Source: Camelus ferus
Taxonomy: Eukaryota
Direction: 5' to 3'
DNA length: 64,000 bases
Assembly (NCBI RefSeq): GCF_009834535.1
Contig: NC_045707.1
Coordinates: 57,166,001 to 57,230,000, forward strand
Each line of letters starts with the position of its first letter. Position 1 is the stretch's first letter. Shown here piece after piece: positions 13,886-26,851 of this stretch. The position numbers and the translations under genes were made by a program. Under the pieces are notes generated by a model, which did not search any database, was not told the origin of the DNA, and saw only the letters and a list, made by a program, of their open reading frames with translations.

Positions 13886-15299
13886 AGCACAGGTATGAAA
13901 ACCGTAACTTGTAAAACTATTTTTTCTCATTCAAGAGAAGCCTTTGAAACTCACAGAACTTAATGGATATTAGCAGAAATGGAATGACTCCACTGGGGAT
14001 ATTTCATCAAACGTCAAGCCTCTTGCTGCAGGCTTCCCCACGGCTCTGAAGCTGCCTCTGCGGAGGATACTTTAGCAGCCGTATAATTTTTTATGGGTCT
14101 GAACAACTGTGAGATGAAGGGCAAAGGTGTGGCAAGTTCAGCATTTTAACTGCGAGAACTGCACCACAGATTGGAAAAAAAAAAGTCTACAGGGTTTTTG
14201 AAATTATTATTTGACTTTCTCTTATTTTTTTCTAGGATATGAATAAGTCATCTAACATTTAAGAGTAAAAGATAATGCAAGTTATATAAATACACAGCAG
14301 GACAAAAGACTTTGCCTACAACCTTCCTGTCATGCTTTTTTTTCCCAATCCTTTGCTTTTGGTTTCTTTTCCTTTGTAATTTTGGGGGGGGGGGGGTTCA
14401 CCCTGCCTCCATGATAGCAAACTGGAAGAAAATAAATATGGCCAACAGTAAATCCCCCACTCCCAAAACAACACCCCATCTGGACAAAGAGGGAGTCTTC
14501 TGTTGTGTAGTTCTCTGAAGTAATGTGAATATAGGACCCAAACCAAAAGGACAGAAGCCCACAACAAGACAGAAGTGTCTGCAAAGCAGCTCAGCTGTGA
14601 TGGCTGGAATATTTGCAGCAGTTAACAGATTAACCTGTCAGACAGCAACCTGACAAATCCAGGGTTGGGAGATGCAGAGATGCAAATACGCACTTAATAT
14701 ACCTGCAAATTCTAACCAAAGAACAGACTGTGTTATGTGTGGCTTATATGTGTCTATGGGAAATGAGGATTTTAAGAATATTTTTATGGGTTCACAATAT
14801 TATTTTTCCTCATGAAGATCAAAGATCAAGAAAACAAACTATATGATGACATGAATTGTATATTTAAATGTTTCATAAATGCAGGTGTGCTCTGTGCTCA
14901 CCTTTCCTGTACTTCTGGGAATCCCAATATTAAAAATTCAGATTCTATTAATCCTGACTATATCTACCAAAAATAAAGGAAGAAACTTACGAATAAAGAG
15001 ATGCCTGGGAGCTCACTGGAGAAGTAAGAGACTATTTAACAAACATTCTGGGGACCTACTGTGGCCCAATTTTAAGGTTAGTGCCCTAGTGGATTCAATG
15101 ACATATGAAATATATTCTAAGACCTCCCAGAATGTGCAATGTTATGAAGATAAGTAAGTTAAAAGTAGTATGCATAAAAGTAAAATAAAACAAGTGGCAT
15201 CCAGATTTGTTGGCAATGCACAATTTCAATGCAATTGAAATTCTAAAGTCCACCTAAGAGATGAGGAAGATATTTCTGAAAGACCTTGAGGAATGACTA

Positions 15300-16260
15300 C
15301 TTTCTCTTGTCATTCTGCATGTTCTACTTTGCAAAACCTACTCACTCTCATGATTTAAACACCAGTGCTCTACACTGTTGACTTCCTAAGAGTCTCTCTC
15401 CAACCACAGATGTACTTCTTGGACAGAAGCTTTTACTTCCAACTACTGGTTGGGCATCTCTGTGTTAATGTCCAAAAGACACACTATAGGCCATACGTCC
15501 AAAACCTCCCAGTTTTCCCGACCCCAAACCATTCTCCTGTGTTCTAGTTTAGTAAAATATTCAAAACCATCCTCCTATGTTCTCAGGTTCAAAGTCTTGG
15601 ACTCCTCCGCTGCTTTACTCCTATCCTTGAACCAGATCTGACTGCTCCCTCATAAGCTTGCTGGCCTCAGTAAGGTCCTAAACTAAACACAGCCTGAAAA
15701 TTAATCTCCTTCATTCCACTGTGTGTATTTGCCTATGTTCCCAACACAATGTTGCAGGACTTAACCTTCCTTCATATTTTTCTCTCTTTCTTAAGAAGCA
15801 TTAGTGTTCTCCATTCCTTACATACAGAATGTAACCAAAACTTCTTGTCTAAATGTTATGCAATTGGCCCCTACCTACGTATCTGGCCGTTTCTCTCTTC
15901 ATTTGTACCAAACGCACTAGCCATCCTGGAACCTTCCTTACACGCGCCTGCCTTTGCTAATGTTGACTCAATCTTCCTGGAATGCCCTCCTCCCCATGAT
16001 GTCACTTTACGAAGAAGTACTCTTCATCCTTCAAATGTCTGCCGGTCAAGAGTTCCTCCTGACATCTCCCTGATAAGACAGCTCTCCCACTCTTTCCATC
16101 ACCCTTGCCTGGCTTTATTCTTCTCCATAACCCATCACATATTACACAGCTCTTTATATGTTTAGTGCCTATGTCCAGCCATAGAACGTAAACTTCTAAA
16201 AAGAAAGCCAGAGACATATTTCTAAAAAGGAAGCTCAGTAATATTGGTTGAATTAATGAC
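15300..16260 (+). mobile_element. L2 LINE 3' portion
   Basis: L2 text such as cacgcgcctgcctttgctaatgttgactcaatcttcctggaatgccctcc; tail ctcagtaatattggttgaatt. Confidence 0.75.
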
Positions 16261-18198
16261 ATTTAAACCTTCAGACACTATTCAATCTCATCTTTTCCTC
16301 AAGAGAGAGAAACCGTGTTGCCCTCTTAGGGCAAAGATCACAGTCTACCTTACATTACCTGTATTCATATACATTTCAACCCAACCACACTGAAGGGACA
16401 GTGGTTTACTCATGGTTTTTTTAATCTCTTTTAGCAACTAAGGAACATTCAATAATGCATATTGAATTGAGATAATTTAATGTGATTAGAAATCCCTAAA
16501 CAATTAAAGCCTTCTCCAATCTATAGAAAAAGATTATCTTCAGGACAGAAATTAGAAAGACAATGAGGATGATTGAAATGTCAAATGATCTGCAGCTTGG
16601 GCATCTAGGAAAGCCGAAAAGAACTTCCTGACCCAGAGAAAACCTGAAACACCAAGGATTCTTCCTTATTTGGAACCACCACTTTTGGGATTGAATGCTC
16701 TGGATATTAATTCTATTTCTGATGGCAGGCTCTTCTTCTGCCCTCTCATGTGGCTCCCCACCCAGGCCACAGTGAATTTCAGAGTGATTTAAAGTCTTGA
16801 GGTAGCACGAAAGTTTTCATATGATTCCTTCAGGCTTTTAAGGAGCTCAAGTGATTTTTTTTTTATTTGGTTAGGCTGTACTATGTTTTCAGGGTCAGTG
16901 GTTTCCTCTCATGTTGATACTTTTATATTAGATTATAACCTGCTGAGTCCCCTTTTATTTTACAGCTAAATGTTCAGTTGGACTCTACGTGGCTGGTGCA
17001 AAATGCAGAGTTGCAAAAAGTGAAGGATAAGGATTGCATCCAGCAGATCATTTGGACTGCTTAACAATCTTAAGAGTCTTCAACGTAAGGAATATTTGTT
17101 TTTCAGATGACCAGAGTTGTTTAAAAAACAATCACAGGGCTTTGATTCTACAATGACACAAACACCTTTATGTATATGCATTAATTTATTTACGCACTCA
17201 ACAAAAATTTGAGTACCAACTACCCACAATGCACTATGGTAGACCAAAACGCAATAAAACATGGTCTCTGTACTCAGAGAGAACATAGTCCCCTACCAAA
17301 TGTTTTCTTTTTCACAAGCAAGTTTTTATATAAAGCATCTTAATTTTCATCTTTAAAATCTAAACTAATAGGATCACTCTTTTAAGATTATTAACAGGTT
17401 GTGTTTCAGAATTCTGATGCTACAGAGATCTAATATTAATAAAGAGGCCAATGCCCTGCAGGATTCCAGTGATTATGGAAGCCTGTTTCCCCGCTAACCT
17501 TCTATGATTCAATGTGTATTGGATTCCTGAATAGAGATGAATAGGAAGATGGTATCACAAGCCTTTATGAAGTTGTCTAGAGAAACAGTACTGTTTGGAG
17601 ATACCAGGTAAAAGAAGCATTTGTCTCATATCTGACACATTCATGAATACTGATGCTTTTAACTTTGCTTTGTGAAAACACCTTTCATGGTAAGATTTAA
17701 AAAATCCTTGAGTGTCTTCAGCGCTGCAAATCAAATAGTTCAATACTCTAGATAAACTGCCTGTTGTTCAAACTGTCTAGGCCAATTCTCGAACTTACGT
17801 TTATAATGATGAATTGGATTCCCCTAAATCAAAAATCATTTCATACTGTATGAAAGTCGTACCTCAGTTGAAAAAATAAAAATATTTCATTTAAAATACA
17901 TTTTATAAATTTGTATTAAACCAACTGATATTCAATCAAATTATATTCATTTTATTAGCTTACTTAAAGCAACTGAGTATCGCTGATACTTGTGAAGATT
18001 TTGAAAGAAACAGGGAAAAAGCATTTAACGTTAAATATAATGAATATTTTTCTATATTCAGATACAACATTTCTTTAAGATTAAAAAGTACCTAAGTCTA
18101 AACCTCAGGGTAAAGTCTGCAAACATTTTCAGTCAGTAATCAAACAGTCTCGGTGCAAAAGAATCCGCCAGTATAATTATCTCTGGGAGAGTGAATAC

Positions 18199-18339
18199 CT
18201 TTGGCAGCCCCGTGGTTCCAGATGTATAGAGAATATACAGAGGATGTTCAGAAAGAACAGGAACACAATCGTGTGACTGTGCTCTCGCCATCTCTTCATC
18301 CCAGTCAAGGTCACGACCCGGAGCCAGAGGAACTGGCTC
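18199..18339 (-). CDS. ACSS3: ACSS3 exon 5 (141 nt): [47 protein letters not shown]
   Basis: Contains AMP-binding P-loop [10 protein letters not shown]; acceptor ttttttag|GAG, donor AAG|gtattc. Confidence 0.98.
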
Positions 18340-20394
18340 CTAAAAAACAAAAACAAGAATATGTACTGAGCAAAGGAGATTAAATCAGAAGACTGAGAGT
18401 AGCTAAATCTGCATTAGTCTGAGCATCTGACTGAAATCTAGGCCTATACAACACTAAATATCAGACTTATGACTCAATATCTCAGGGTTTGAGTTAAGAT
18501 AAATGTTCATAAAAAAATCCAACAATTTGATGTTGGCTTCAAATGAACTTACAAAAGAAAATGTTTTATTCAAACCTAGGGATAATCTTAAAAAATTCAG
18601 TGTGATGCTGGCACATTTCCATCAAGTCAGCGCTTACCTAACAGAGGTTCATGTTTCTATAGATGCATGTACACTATTAACGTCATAAACTAACTTGTAT
18701 TTTTCATAACTTATTTCTTTTACTTTGGAATCTACTGTCCTCACAGTGAAATCTCAACTAACCCATTAAAATTTCTCTTTATACAAGGGCCATTTAGAAG
18801 TAATACTGTGGCCATATTTCTGACTGAGAGAGTATTAAATCATTTTCAGGAGTGAGGGATAAATCTTCTTTTGCTTTTTCGAGAACAAAAATCAATTTTG
18901 AAAATTAATGACAGGATATGACGTATTTAAAATACTATCCGAGTTTTCCTCCATCTAGGTTATTGATTAGTATGGTAGAAATGCTTGTTTTCTTTTTTGC
19001 TACTAGAACCAAGCTCTGTGTTGTAAACTTTACAATAATAATGAACCATGAATTAAGACAGATACACCTTAAGTTAGACAGACCTCTTCAAAAGCCAGCT
19101 AGATGATGTAAGTAGCTTATGGAAAAATTACTCTAATGAGGAGTTACAGCTATTTAGAGTTAAGACCCAGTACATGTCTAGTTATTTTCTGATGACAAGC
19201 TCAAGATGACACATCGGGAAGTTTATAGCTGGGGAGCCTGTTAACACAGGCACAGGCAAGACTACACAGCCCTCTGTGAAGGTAAGTTTACCACCTAGAG
19301 AATGTATGTAACCATTCATCTCATCTAGGTGACCCCTGACACTCAGAGATTTAGAAAAGCCAGGCCACTTCCATTCTCAGGTCCCTTAATATATTAATCA
19401 GGGTTGTAAAAAATGGTCACATATTTAAATGAGTACATTTACAAACTAACAGATCAATATAACATCACAAATATGACGTCTCTATGCATGAGCACACTGA
19501 GAGACAACAATCTGAATTGACCTCCATGAAGGAGAAGTTTTAGGTCCAACTGGTTTCTCCGGCCTCACCCTGGAAGTTCCCTGGATGTGCCAATTAGATA
19601 CATAAAAATAGTTCACTGGGACCTAATTGTACATTTCCATTTGTTTTTATGTATTAAATAAACACAACTAATTTCAAACTAGCAAGACTTTGACATCACA
19701 ATTATAGGACCTATAAAAATTCATCACACTGTATAATAAAAAACGTCAATTGAGGAATCTCGAAAATAATTACAGATCGAAAGACATGAGGCCTTGAATG
19801 AATGGTTACTCCTCAGGCTAAGAAATAGAGGCATGTGTAAAGGAGATCTAATGAAAGGAAGAGAGGGGGAAAATCAACATTAGCTTTACATATACTCATT
19901 TACTTCTATAGACATGTCCTTCCTAGTTGTTAACCATTCTTACATGTTATACTGGGGGAGCACCAAGGGTGACTGATGTGACCTGCCCTGGATGCTGTCA
20001 TTGCTTGCCTGAGGCTTCAGAGTGGCAGCCAGGTTTTTATCTCCTCTGGCAAAATGCAATCCTGGTTAATGAGATGCATCACTGAACCTGATAATTTTGT
20101 ATCTCTCTAAACTCAAAGCAGAGCCAACTCACTGGGCTTAATTACTGCCTCACCCCCTGGTCAGATACGAAGGACAAGAGACATCCATCTAAAATAAAGG
20201 TAAGTCAAAAGCAGAGAGAAAGGTCTCCAGAAAAAGAAAGAGGGAAAGTGAGCCAGTTATGGGTGGGGGAGGGGGAGTGGATGGCTACCTATGAAGAAGA
20301 AAGAGGTGATATGTGCCTTAGAAACATCTGAACAGGACACATTCACATGTCCATATCTAGATGGTTTATAAAGTAAAAGAAATAGGATATATCT

Positions 20395-20615
20395 TGTTGG
20401 TTAAAAGCCATGAAACTGAGTTCAAATCTTAGCTCCACCACTTATTAGCTATGGCTTTGGGCTATGATCTGCCTGTGACTCAGTTTCTTCACCTGTAAAA
20501 TGGGGCTAGTAATAGCATCTACTTCACTAGTTTGTAAGAATGTAAGAATTAAATAAGGAGTATTTGAAAGTACTTAACTTGGGCCTAGCATGAGTTCTTA
20601 TAAATTCTACATGAA
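20395..20615 (+). mobile_element. MIR SINE
   Basis: gagttcaaatcttagctccaccacttattagctatggctttgggc...ctcagtttcttcacctgtaaaatgggg. Confidence 0.9.
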
Positions 20616-20657
20616 TTCATGTATGTGTGCACAGAGCATACACAGTCACATAAACAC

Positions 20658-20658
<1 letters not shown>

Positions 20659-20690
<32 letters not shown>
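20659..20690. repeat. (TG)16 microsatellite
   Basis: Perfect dinucleotide run. Confidence 0.97.
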
Positions 20691-20692
<2 letters not shown>

Positions 20693-21379
20693 CCTACGCT
20701 TCCTCTAACCTCTTACCCCAAGCCTTCTTTATTGCTGACTTTGCGTTCCCTGATTGAACAGCAACAAGCCTTTTTTTTTAAATGTGCTGGAGGTCACCTG
20801 AAAGAAACTGAAAATTCTTCAACAGTAAAAATATTAAAATCATTGAGTGTAGTAGTTCATGAATCACAGACTACTAAACCTCTGCATGGGAATTTAATGT
20901 GGTAATGGGAATTGCTAGGTGGTAATCAAAGTGACATAGCTTTAATGCTCTCTGCTCTTATATCTTGTCATTTAAGTGTTTTCCACAGATAACCTCTCAA
21001 GAGTCCACAAAATTATACATGACTCTTTGCCCACTTGCCATTTTACTTCTGCAAAAACTTTTAATGTGTTAGAAACCCAAGTTGGTCCCATTATAAATAG
21101 CTAGAGACTTGCTTGGACGTAGAAATGAGGTGTTCATTAGGGCAAATTTACTAAAAAAAGCACTGTAAAATACCATCACTGATGCATTAGACAGCTTTTT
21201 TTTTCCTTCATTGATCACAGAATAATTTATCTGTTTAGAATATTCATATTTCGTTTTCCTAAACATTATTTCCAGACCAAATACCTTTTCTAAAGTTTTT
21301 AAAAGACATTTTACATGCAAATTAATCACACCTCTCCACAAAGCTGGGTAGCCAAGAGATTATGCATATCAAGTGTACG

Positions 21380-21555
21380 CATTCCGATCATGACCCTGAC
21401 ACTAGCTGGACAAGTGACTTCATCTCTCTGTTCACTGGATTCCTCTTCTTTAAAATAGGAATAGTGCCTCACTCATAGAGTTATCGGTAAGATTTTAAAA
21501 ATTATCCATGAATGGAGTGCCTTAAAAATCATATGGTAATCTGCCAGTGTTTCTT
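21380..21555 (+). mobile_element. MIR SINE interrupted near its 3' end by Tigger2
   Basis: ggacaagtgacttcatctctctg...ttcctcttctttaaaataggaatagtgcctcactcatagagtt. Confidence 0.65.
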
Positions 21556-21559
21556 AGTG

Positions 21560-22522
21560 CAGTTGACCCTTGAACAACACAGGGTTTAAACAGCAAAGGC
21601 CCACTTATATGCTGATTTTTTTTTCAGTAAATATACTGGAAATATTTTTGGAGATTTTAGCGATTTGAAAAACTCACAGAAAATCACATTGCCTAGAAAT
21701 ACCAAAAGAATTATGAAAAAGTCATGTCATGAACACATATAATATATGTAGATACTAGTTTATCCTTACATAGGCATAAGGTGAGTGGTATATAATATGA
21801 AATTATTAATGTGTTAGTTTTCTCACTGGTTCATAACTTTGCTTTCAGAAAATTACTGTACAGTATGCCTCTCCCTCTGGTAATCGGAAAAACTGCAGAT
21901 CAGCCTATCATCACACGTAAGTAGTTTTTAAAAATGTAACAATATCCCCAGTATTGTATTATGACTATGAGTGTATACTGCATGCCGTAAACACTGTCTA
22001 GCAAGTCATTCATTAGGGTACGGGCTGGGTGACCACAAAGCAACCATATTGCTGCTTCCTCACTATCCATGCATGAATCATTACACCTGTAAATAAATAT
22101 GAATTTATTTTTCACCTTATCTTTTCATTTTTGATGTCTAGTGGTAGTAATCTGTACAACACCTGCAATGTGTTGTATCATACAAGACAATACTGATGCA
22201 GGTACTAGATTCATCTTGTTAACAGACTATGGAAACTTAACAGTGTGGATAAATACAGTACAGTACTACATATGTATTTTCTCTTCCTTATGGCTTTCTT
22301 AATGACATTTCCTTTTCTCCAGCCCAGCTTACCGTAAGAATACAGTATATACCACACATAACACATAAAACACATGCTAATTGACCAGTTATGTTATCAG
22401 TAGGGGTTCCAGTCAATAACAAGCTATTGGTTAAGTTTATGGGGGAGTAAAAAGTACACGCAGATTTTTGACTGTGTGGGGGCTGGTGCCCCCAACCCCC
22501 CGTGTTGTTCACGGATCAACTG
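21560..22522. mobile_element. Tigger2-family (TcMar) non-autonomous DNA transposon, 963 bp
   Basis: Terminal inverted repeats cagttgacccttgaacaacac ... gtgttgttcacggatcaactg; no transposase ORF. Confidence 0.9.
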
Positions 22523-22804
22523 CATTATCATTATAGCTGTAATTTAAATTAATAAATGATACCACAGTAGATTATACACAGAATCGAATTCATTAATATT
22601 ATGGGTATTTCTGTGCTTCAGTTTTTTGGATTTAAGCTAGTTTTTAATAAAGACAGAAAACATCATTCATATTTTTTTGCCAAAAATAGTGATGCTCAGA
22701 AGTTGTTGAACGGTTTATAAATCAAGCGCTCCTTTCAAACAGTCAACAAGAATCATCCTTAGTGAATCACCATAAGCAAGAACCAAATTCGGTACTCAGA
22801 TTAC

Positions 22805-22939
22805 CATGTTTGGACGATTATAAATGAGAACTTTATCTGGCTTGTGTCGTCCTATTTTCAGTGCTTCTTCTACAAGTGGTACGTATTCTACCCTCCTTCC
22901 AGGTTCAATGCCAAACGATGCTGTAACCACCAGCTTGGG
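22805..22939 (-). CDS. ACSS3: ACSS3 exon 4 (135 nt): PKLVVTASFGIEPGRRVEYVPLVEEALKIGRHKPDKVLIYNRPNM
   Basis: Manual translation; acceptor ttgtag|CCC, donor ATG|gtaatc; in frame with neighbours. Confidence 0.96.
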
Positions 22940-23309
22940 CTACAACGAAAAATAAATAAATAATAACAAGAGAAAGCCTAATCATCTTAATTAAGGCAAT
23001 CATAATACTTCAGATGCAGGCCGACAGTTTAACATTTCCAAAGAACTTGCATCTATATTGAACAAATGGCCTGAAAACCAACAAACCATTTTAAAATGTT
23101 ACAGACCTAACCACTTCCACATAAATCTCACCTGCTCAGAATTCCATGCATAACAATGCTTCTGGCTAATATATATGAGCTATTAAAAATTCATTAATTT
23201 CCAAAGAATTCATTAAATTTAGGAAGTATTTCTAAAAAATTTTTTTCCATAAGCATCTCTGCTTAAATGCCTAAAGAGACCTCAGAAGGAAGAGAGCCGA
23301 ATCTCTAAT

Positions 23310-23472
23310 AATTCTTTTATGATTCTTTTTTCATTCTAAATACATGCTTATTTTCATCAAATATAATATTTGTAATTTTGTCATAATTTTCTTTAAAGCG
23401 CCCCCAAATGATTTTAAAAGGGTCCCCAAATGATTTAAGTTTCAAACTCCACAAAGCCTGAACCGGTCCCCA
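23310..23472 (-). mobile_element. hAT (MER53/BLACKJACK-like) terminal fragment
   Basis: ttctttaaag..cccccaaat..aagtttcaaactccacaaagcctgaaccggtcccc resembles the reverse of that family's terminus. Confidence 0.5.
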
Positions 23473-25579
23473 TCAGTAAGAGATACTTGCACTATTTTTA
23501 AACTGATCACTTGCTAGTCATTCTTCAAGATAAGTGCAGGTGTAGCCAAAAGAAGTTAGGGTCAATCTTCCCCCCTTGGTAGATTCTGGGCAGGCTTCAG
23601 ATGTCCTTCATGCCCACCACTGCACAGGATGCTCTCCAAGGCCAATTTGGACCCCATCACTCTCCTATTTCCTACACCTGGTACAATGCTTGCTGTACCA
23701 CAAGCTCTTAATAAATATTTGTGGCACTGAACCAAAATGCTCATTAATTTGCAAAATAAACATGTCTTTATTCTTTTAAGTATACTGTTCCTTCACCAAG
23801 AAATCCAAATCAAAGGAGACAGACAATAAATTATTCAGGAGACAGATAATGAATCCAAGGTAGTACATCTATTCCTGAATTCTGATTTCTGGTTACAATA
23901 CATTTCATCTACAGAAGGTTTATATTATGCCAAATACATGCATATATAGCACTTTCTGCTTTTTTAGTATCATTTACTATTCATGGAGCTGAGATGCAGT
24001 GCAGTTACGTAGCTTGCCCCAGGTTAAAAATGGTGGAATCGGAAAGAGAGCCAGTTCTGATTTCAGAACTTTTCTCTTTCCACTATATCAAGCTGCCTTT
24101 TGTGAGGGAAAAAAGAAAGAAATGAAAAAATTAGTCTTGTGTCCTTTTATTATATTTTAAAGGTCAGACATCTGAATACAATTCACATTTTAATATATGT
24201 AATACTTACAAAAATAACTCTAGATAACATTTCCTAAGATGAGAATTCTGAATAAATGAAAGTAAGTTACCAAATTGAAAACATATATAGAATATATCCG
24301 AAGTAGAATAGTGTAATAAAATCAAAATTAGACTCTTCCTCTAGAAAATTATCCTTTTCAACATTTCTATCAACAGACTTTTACTGGAGGTTTTACTCCA
24401 TCTCAGCTGACTTCTTCCCATCTTAATCTGTTAAAATAAAACTTTTTCTTCAGCCTACGTAGCTGAAAATCATGACATCAAAATCATCCCTAATTTCAGC
24501 CACCAATTCTATCCAAATATCTCAGATACGTATCTCTGTCTCCATCTTCTCACCTTTAATTTGACCTGTTCAGTGATCATGCCCATAAGAATGAACATAT
24601 TGCCTAAAACTCCTTAACAAGGTTAGAGGCATGGGTGTGTGTGTTATGAATGAAAACTTCTCCAGTGGTACAGGCATAAGTTTTATAAATCCATATAGAT
24701 ACATAAATTTTCCTACATCACATAAAATATTTTAAAAAGGAAATAATACATATCATACCTTTGCCCAAATGGTGTTTAGGATTTCTGTAGCTAAAAAACT
24801 CAAGTCTACAGCTTTCTGAAAGAAGTCCCCCACTGCCCACTGATTTGTAGGTCAGTCAGTGACTGATAATTTCTCCTAGATTTCCCTTTGTAAGCACTCA
24901 CTCAACATGTTTTAAAAAAGAGGAGAAAAAAAAAAAAAAAAGAATCCAGCCAGTCAGCGTGCAAACCAGCTTGTTAGTTCTAATAACCGGTCTATTACCA
25001 GATGAAGTCAGATATGCAAAAACCTCACTTTATGCCTGGCACTCAGGGGACCCTCGATATATATTAGTTCCCTTCCTTGTTAAGACTGACTCATCCTGGG
25101 CTTGTAAAACTCTAAAGGTCAATCATCCCCGTCTCCCATAACAACCTTCTTTCTTTAATCTTCCCACTGCTGTTCCCCTCTCGCACACTGCCCACTGCTA
25201 CACAAACAGACCACCTACCGAAGGTTCTCGTTCCAATCTCTCCCCTACTCACCTCATACTGCAAGACTTGCCTCCTCTTAACATTGCTTAAAACGTGACA
25301 GTCACCTGCTCAAAAACTTTACCTGTCAAGGTCTACAGGATCCAGTTCAGACAAAAACTACCTTTGCAAGTTCATCTTCTCTCCCTCTTCAATCACATTG
25401 GTCTATTCCCTGTCCTTCGAATGAATTCCACCCTTTCCTGCCTCTAATGCTAGACTGCTTTTTCCTCTCCTTCTGGATCCCACAGCATCATTCTCTTTAA
25501 CTAGCTGAATTTTAGCTAAGATCTAACTCAAATCTCACCTCCTTCAGGAAGCCTCCTTCTGCCACCCCAACTAGAAGAA

Positions 25580-25720
25580 ATCACCCGCCTCGGTAGTGGA
25601 TTAAAGAAACCTGAATAATACGTACTTGAATATGATGATAAGAGTTTCGATAGTGACAATAATAATAGCCACCTGTTTTACAACAATTGACTACAAACTG
25701 ACACTGTTATTATGCCATAT
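25580..25720 (+). repeat. 141-bp local direct repeat, copy 1
   Basis: Ungapped match to 26852-26992 with 11 substitutions by manual alignment. Confidence 0.95.
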
Positions 25721-25734
25721 TCCTGCCTCTAAAT

Positions 25735-25948
25735 CAGGGGTCTGCCGACTATGGGTGAGAGCCTAAAGCTTCCCAAATCATGTTCTGTAAAGTGACGCTG
25801 GGACACTGCCCTGCATTTCTGTGGTGTCTGAGGCTGCCTTTGGGCTAGAACAGCACTGCTGGGTAGCTGCACCAGAAACCATGTAACCCACAATGCCTAA
25901 AATATTTACTATCTGGTAACTTACAGAAAAAAAGTCTGCTGATCCTTG
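25735..25948 (+). mobile_element. MER58A (hAT-Charlie)
   Basis: caggggtctgccgactatgg...gcctaaaatatttactatctgg..ttacagaaaa..gtctgctgatccttg; 8-bp TSD ctctaaat/ctgtaaat. Confidence 0.85.
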
Positions 25949-26579
25949 CTGTAAATTCATAGAACAAGAGCAGTTAACTTGTTTTTTTTTAATGAGCACT
26001 ATGTTAGGTGTTTTAAATTCAGTATCTCAATGATATTTCACAACAGCCTTTCAAGTTTGTGATATTAGTACCCTGTCTAAATACGTAACTTGTAATTCAC
26101 TCCTCCCTGACACTCCCTCTTAACCACTGTGCTCTATACCACCATTCCTGGAAGTTTGTAGATTATAAAACTAGTCATTTGTCCCAGCAATTTGATAAGT
26201 ATCATTTATTAATCAGTTCCAAGGACAGTAACAGCCACACAGTGGAAGCTTAGCAAATGTATGTTGAATGAACAAATTAGTCATCAGTTATTTTTCTTAA
26301 ACATCTTACACACCCAAACATATGGCACGCTAACTTGAAAGGCATGCACCTTATACTTCATACTCTTCACAGCACCTAGAAAGATGTCTTTCACATAGGA
26401 CTGACTTGAAAATAAAACTTTGGTTAATAGTGTATGCCAAATAAAAAGTAAACTTTAATTATTCCATTTGAAAGGAGGATCTAACAAGCACAGATCACTC
26501 TTGGATGAGTCATCCACTGCTCAGTATATGTCAGTACTATACGTAGCTACTACTTGATTTCTCCAAATAAAGCACTTAC

Positions 26580-26768
26580 CTTTGCATGATCAATGCGACC
26601 ACTTAGCTCTTTGGATGCAAATCCCCCAAATATGAGACTGTGGATGGCTCCTATCCTTGCACACGCCAGCATGGTGTACATCGCCTGCGGGATCATGGGC
26701 ATGTAGATCACCACAGTGTCGCCTTTCTTGACACCATGCTTGACCAGAACGCCAGCCAGCTTAGAGAC
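26580..26768 (-). CDS. ACSS3: ACSS3 exon 3 (189 nt): [63 protein letters not shown]
   Basis: Lies within ORF 26550..26783; acceptor ttacag|GTC, donor AAG|gtaagt; conserved GDxVx[18 protein letters not shown] motif. Confidence 0.98.
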
Positions 26769-26851
26769 CTGTAACAACATCATTACATCAGCAAAGCGTT
26801 TCTGTGTTAGTTCACTAAACTTCGAAGTTATGGCAGTAAAGCAAGAAGACG

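Noticed and set aside
18201..18383. Plus-strand 60-aa ORF
   Set aside because: It is the antisense shadow of ACSS3 exon 5.
20261..20280. Possible G-quadruplex gggtgggggagggggagtgg
   Set aside because: It has only three G-runs of 3 or more.
25632..25701. C/D snoRNA-like ATGATGA...CTGA spaced about 70 nt apart
   Set aside because: It is on the strand opposite the host transcript, has no terminal stem, and the paralogous copy has CCGA.
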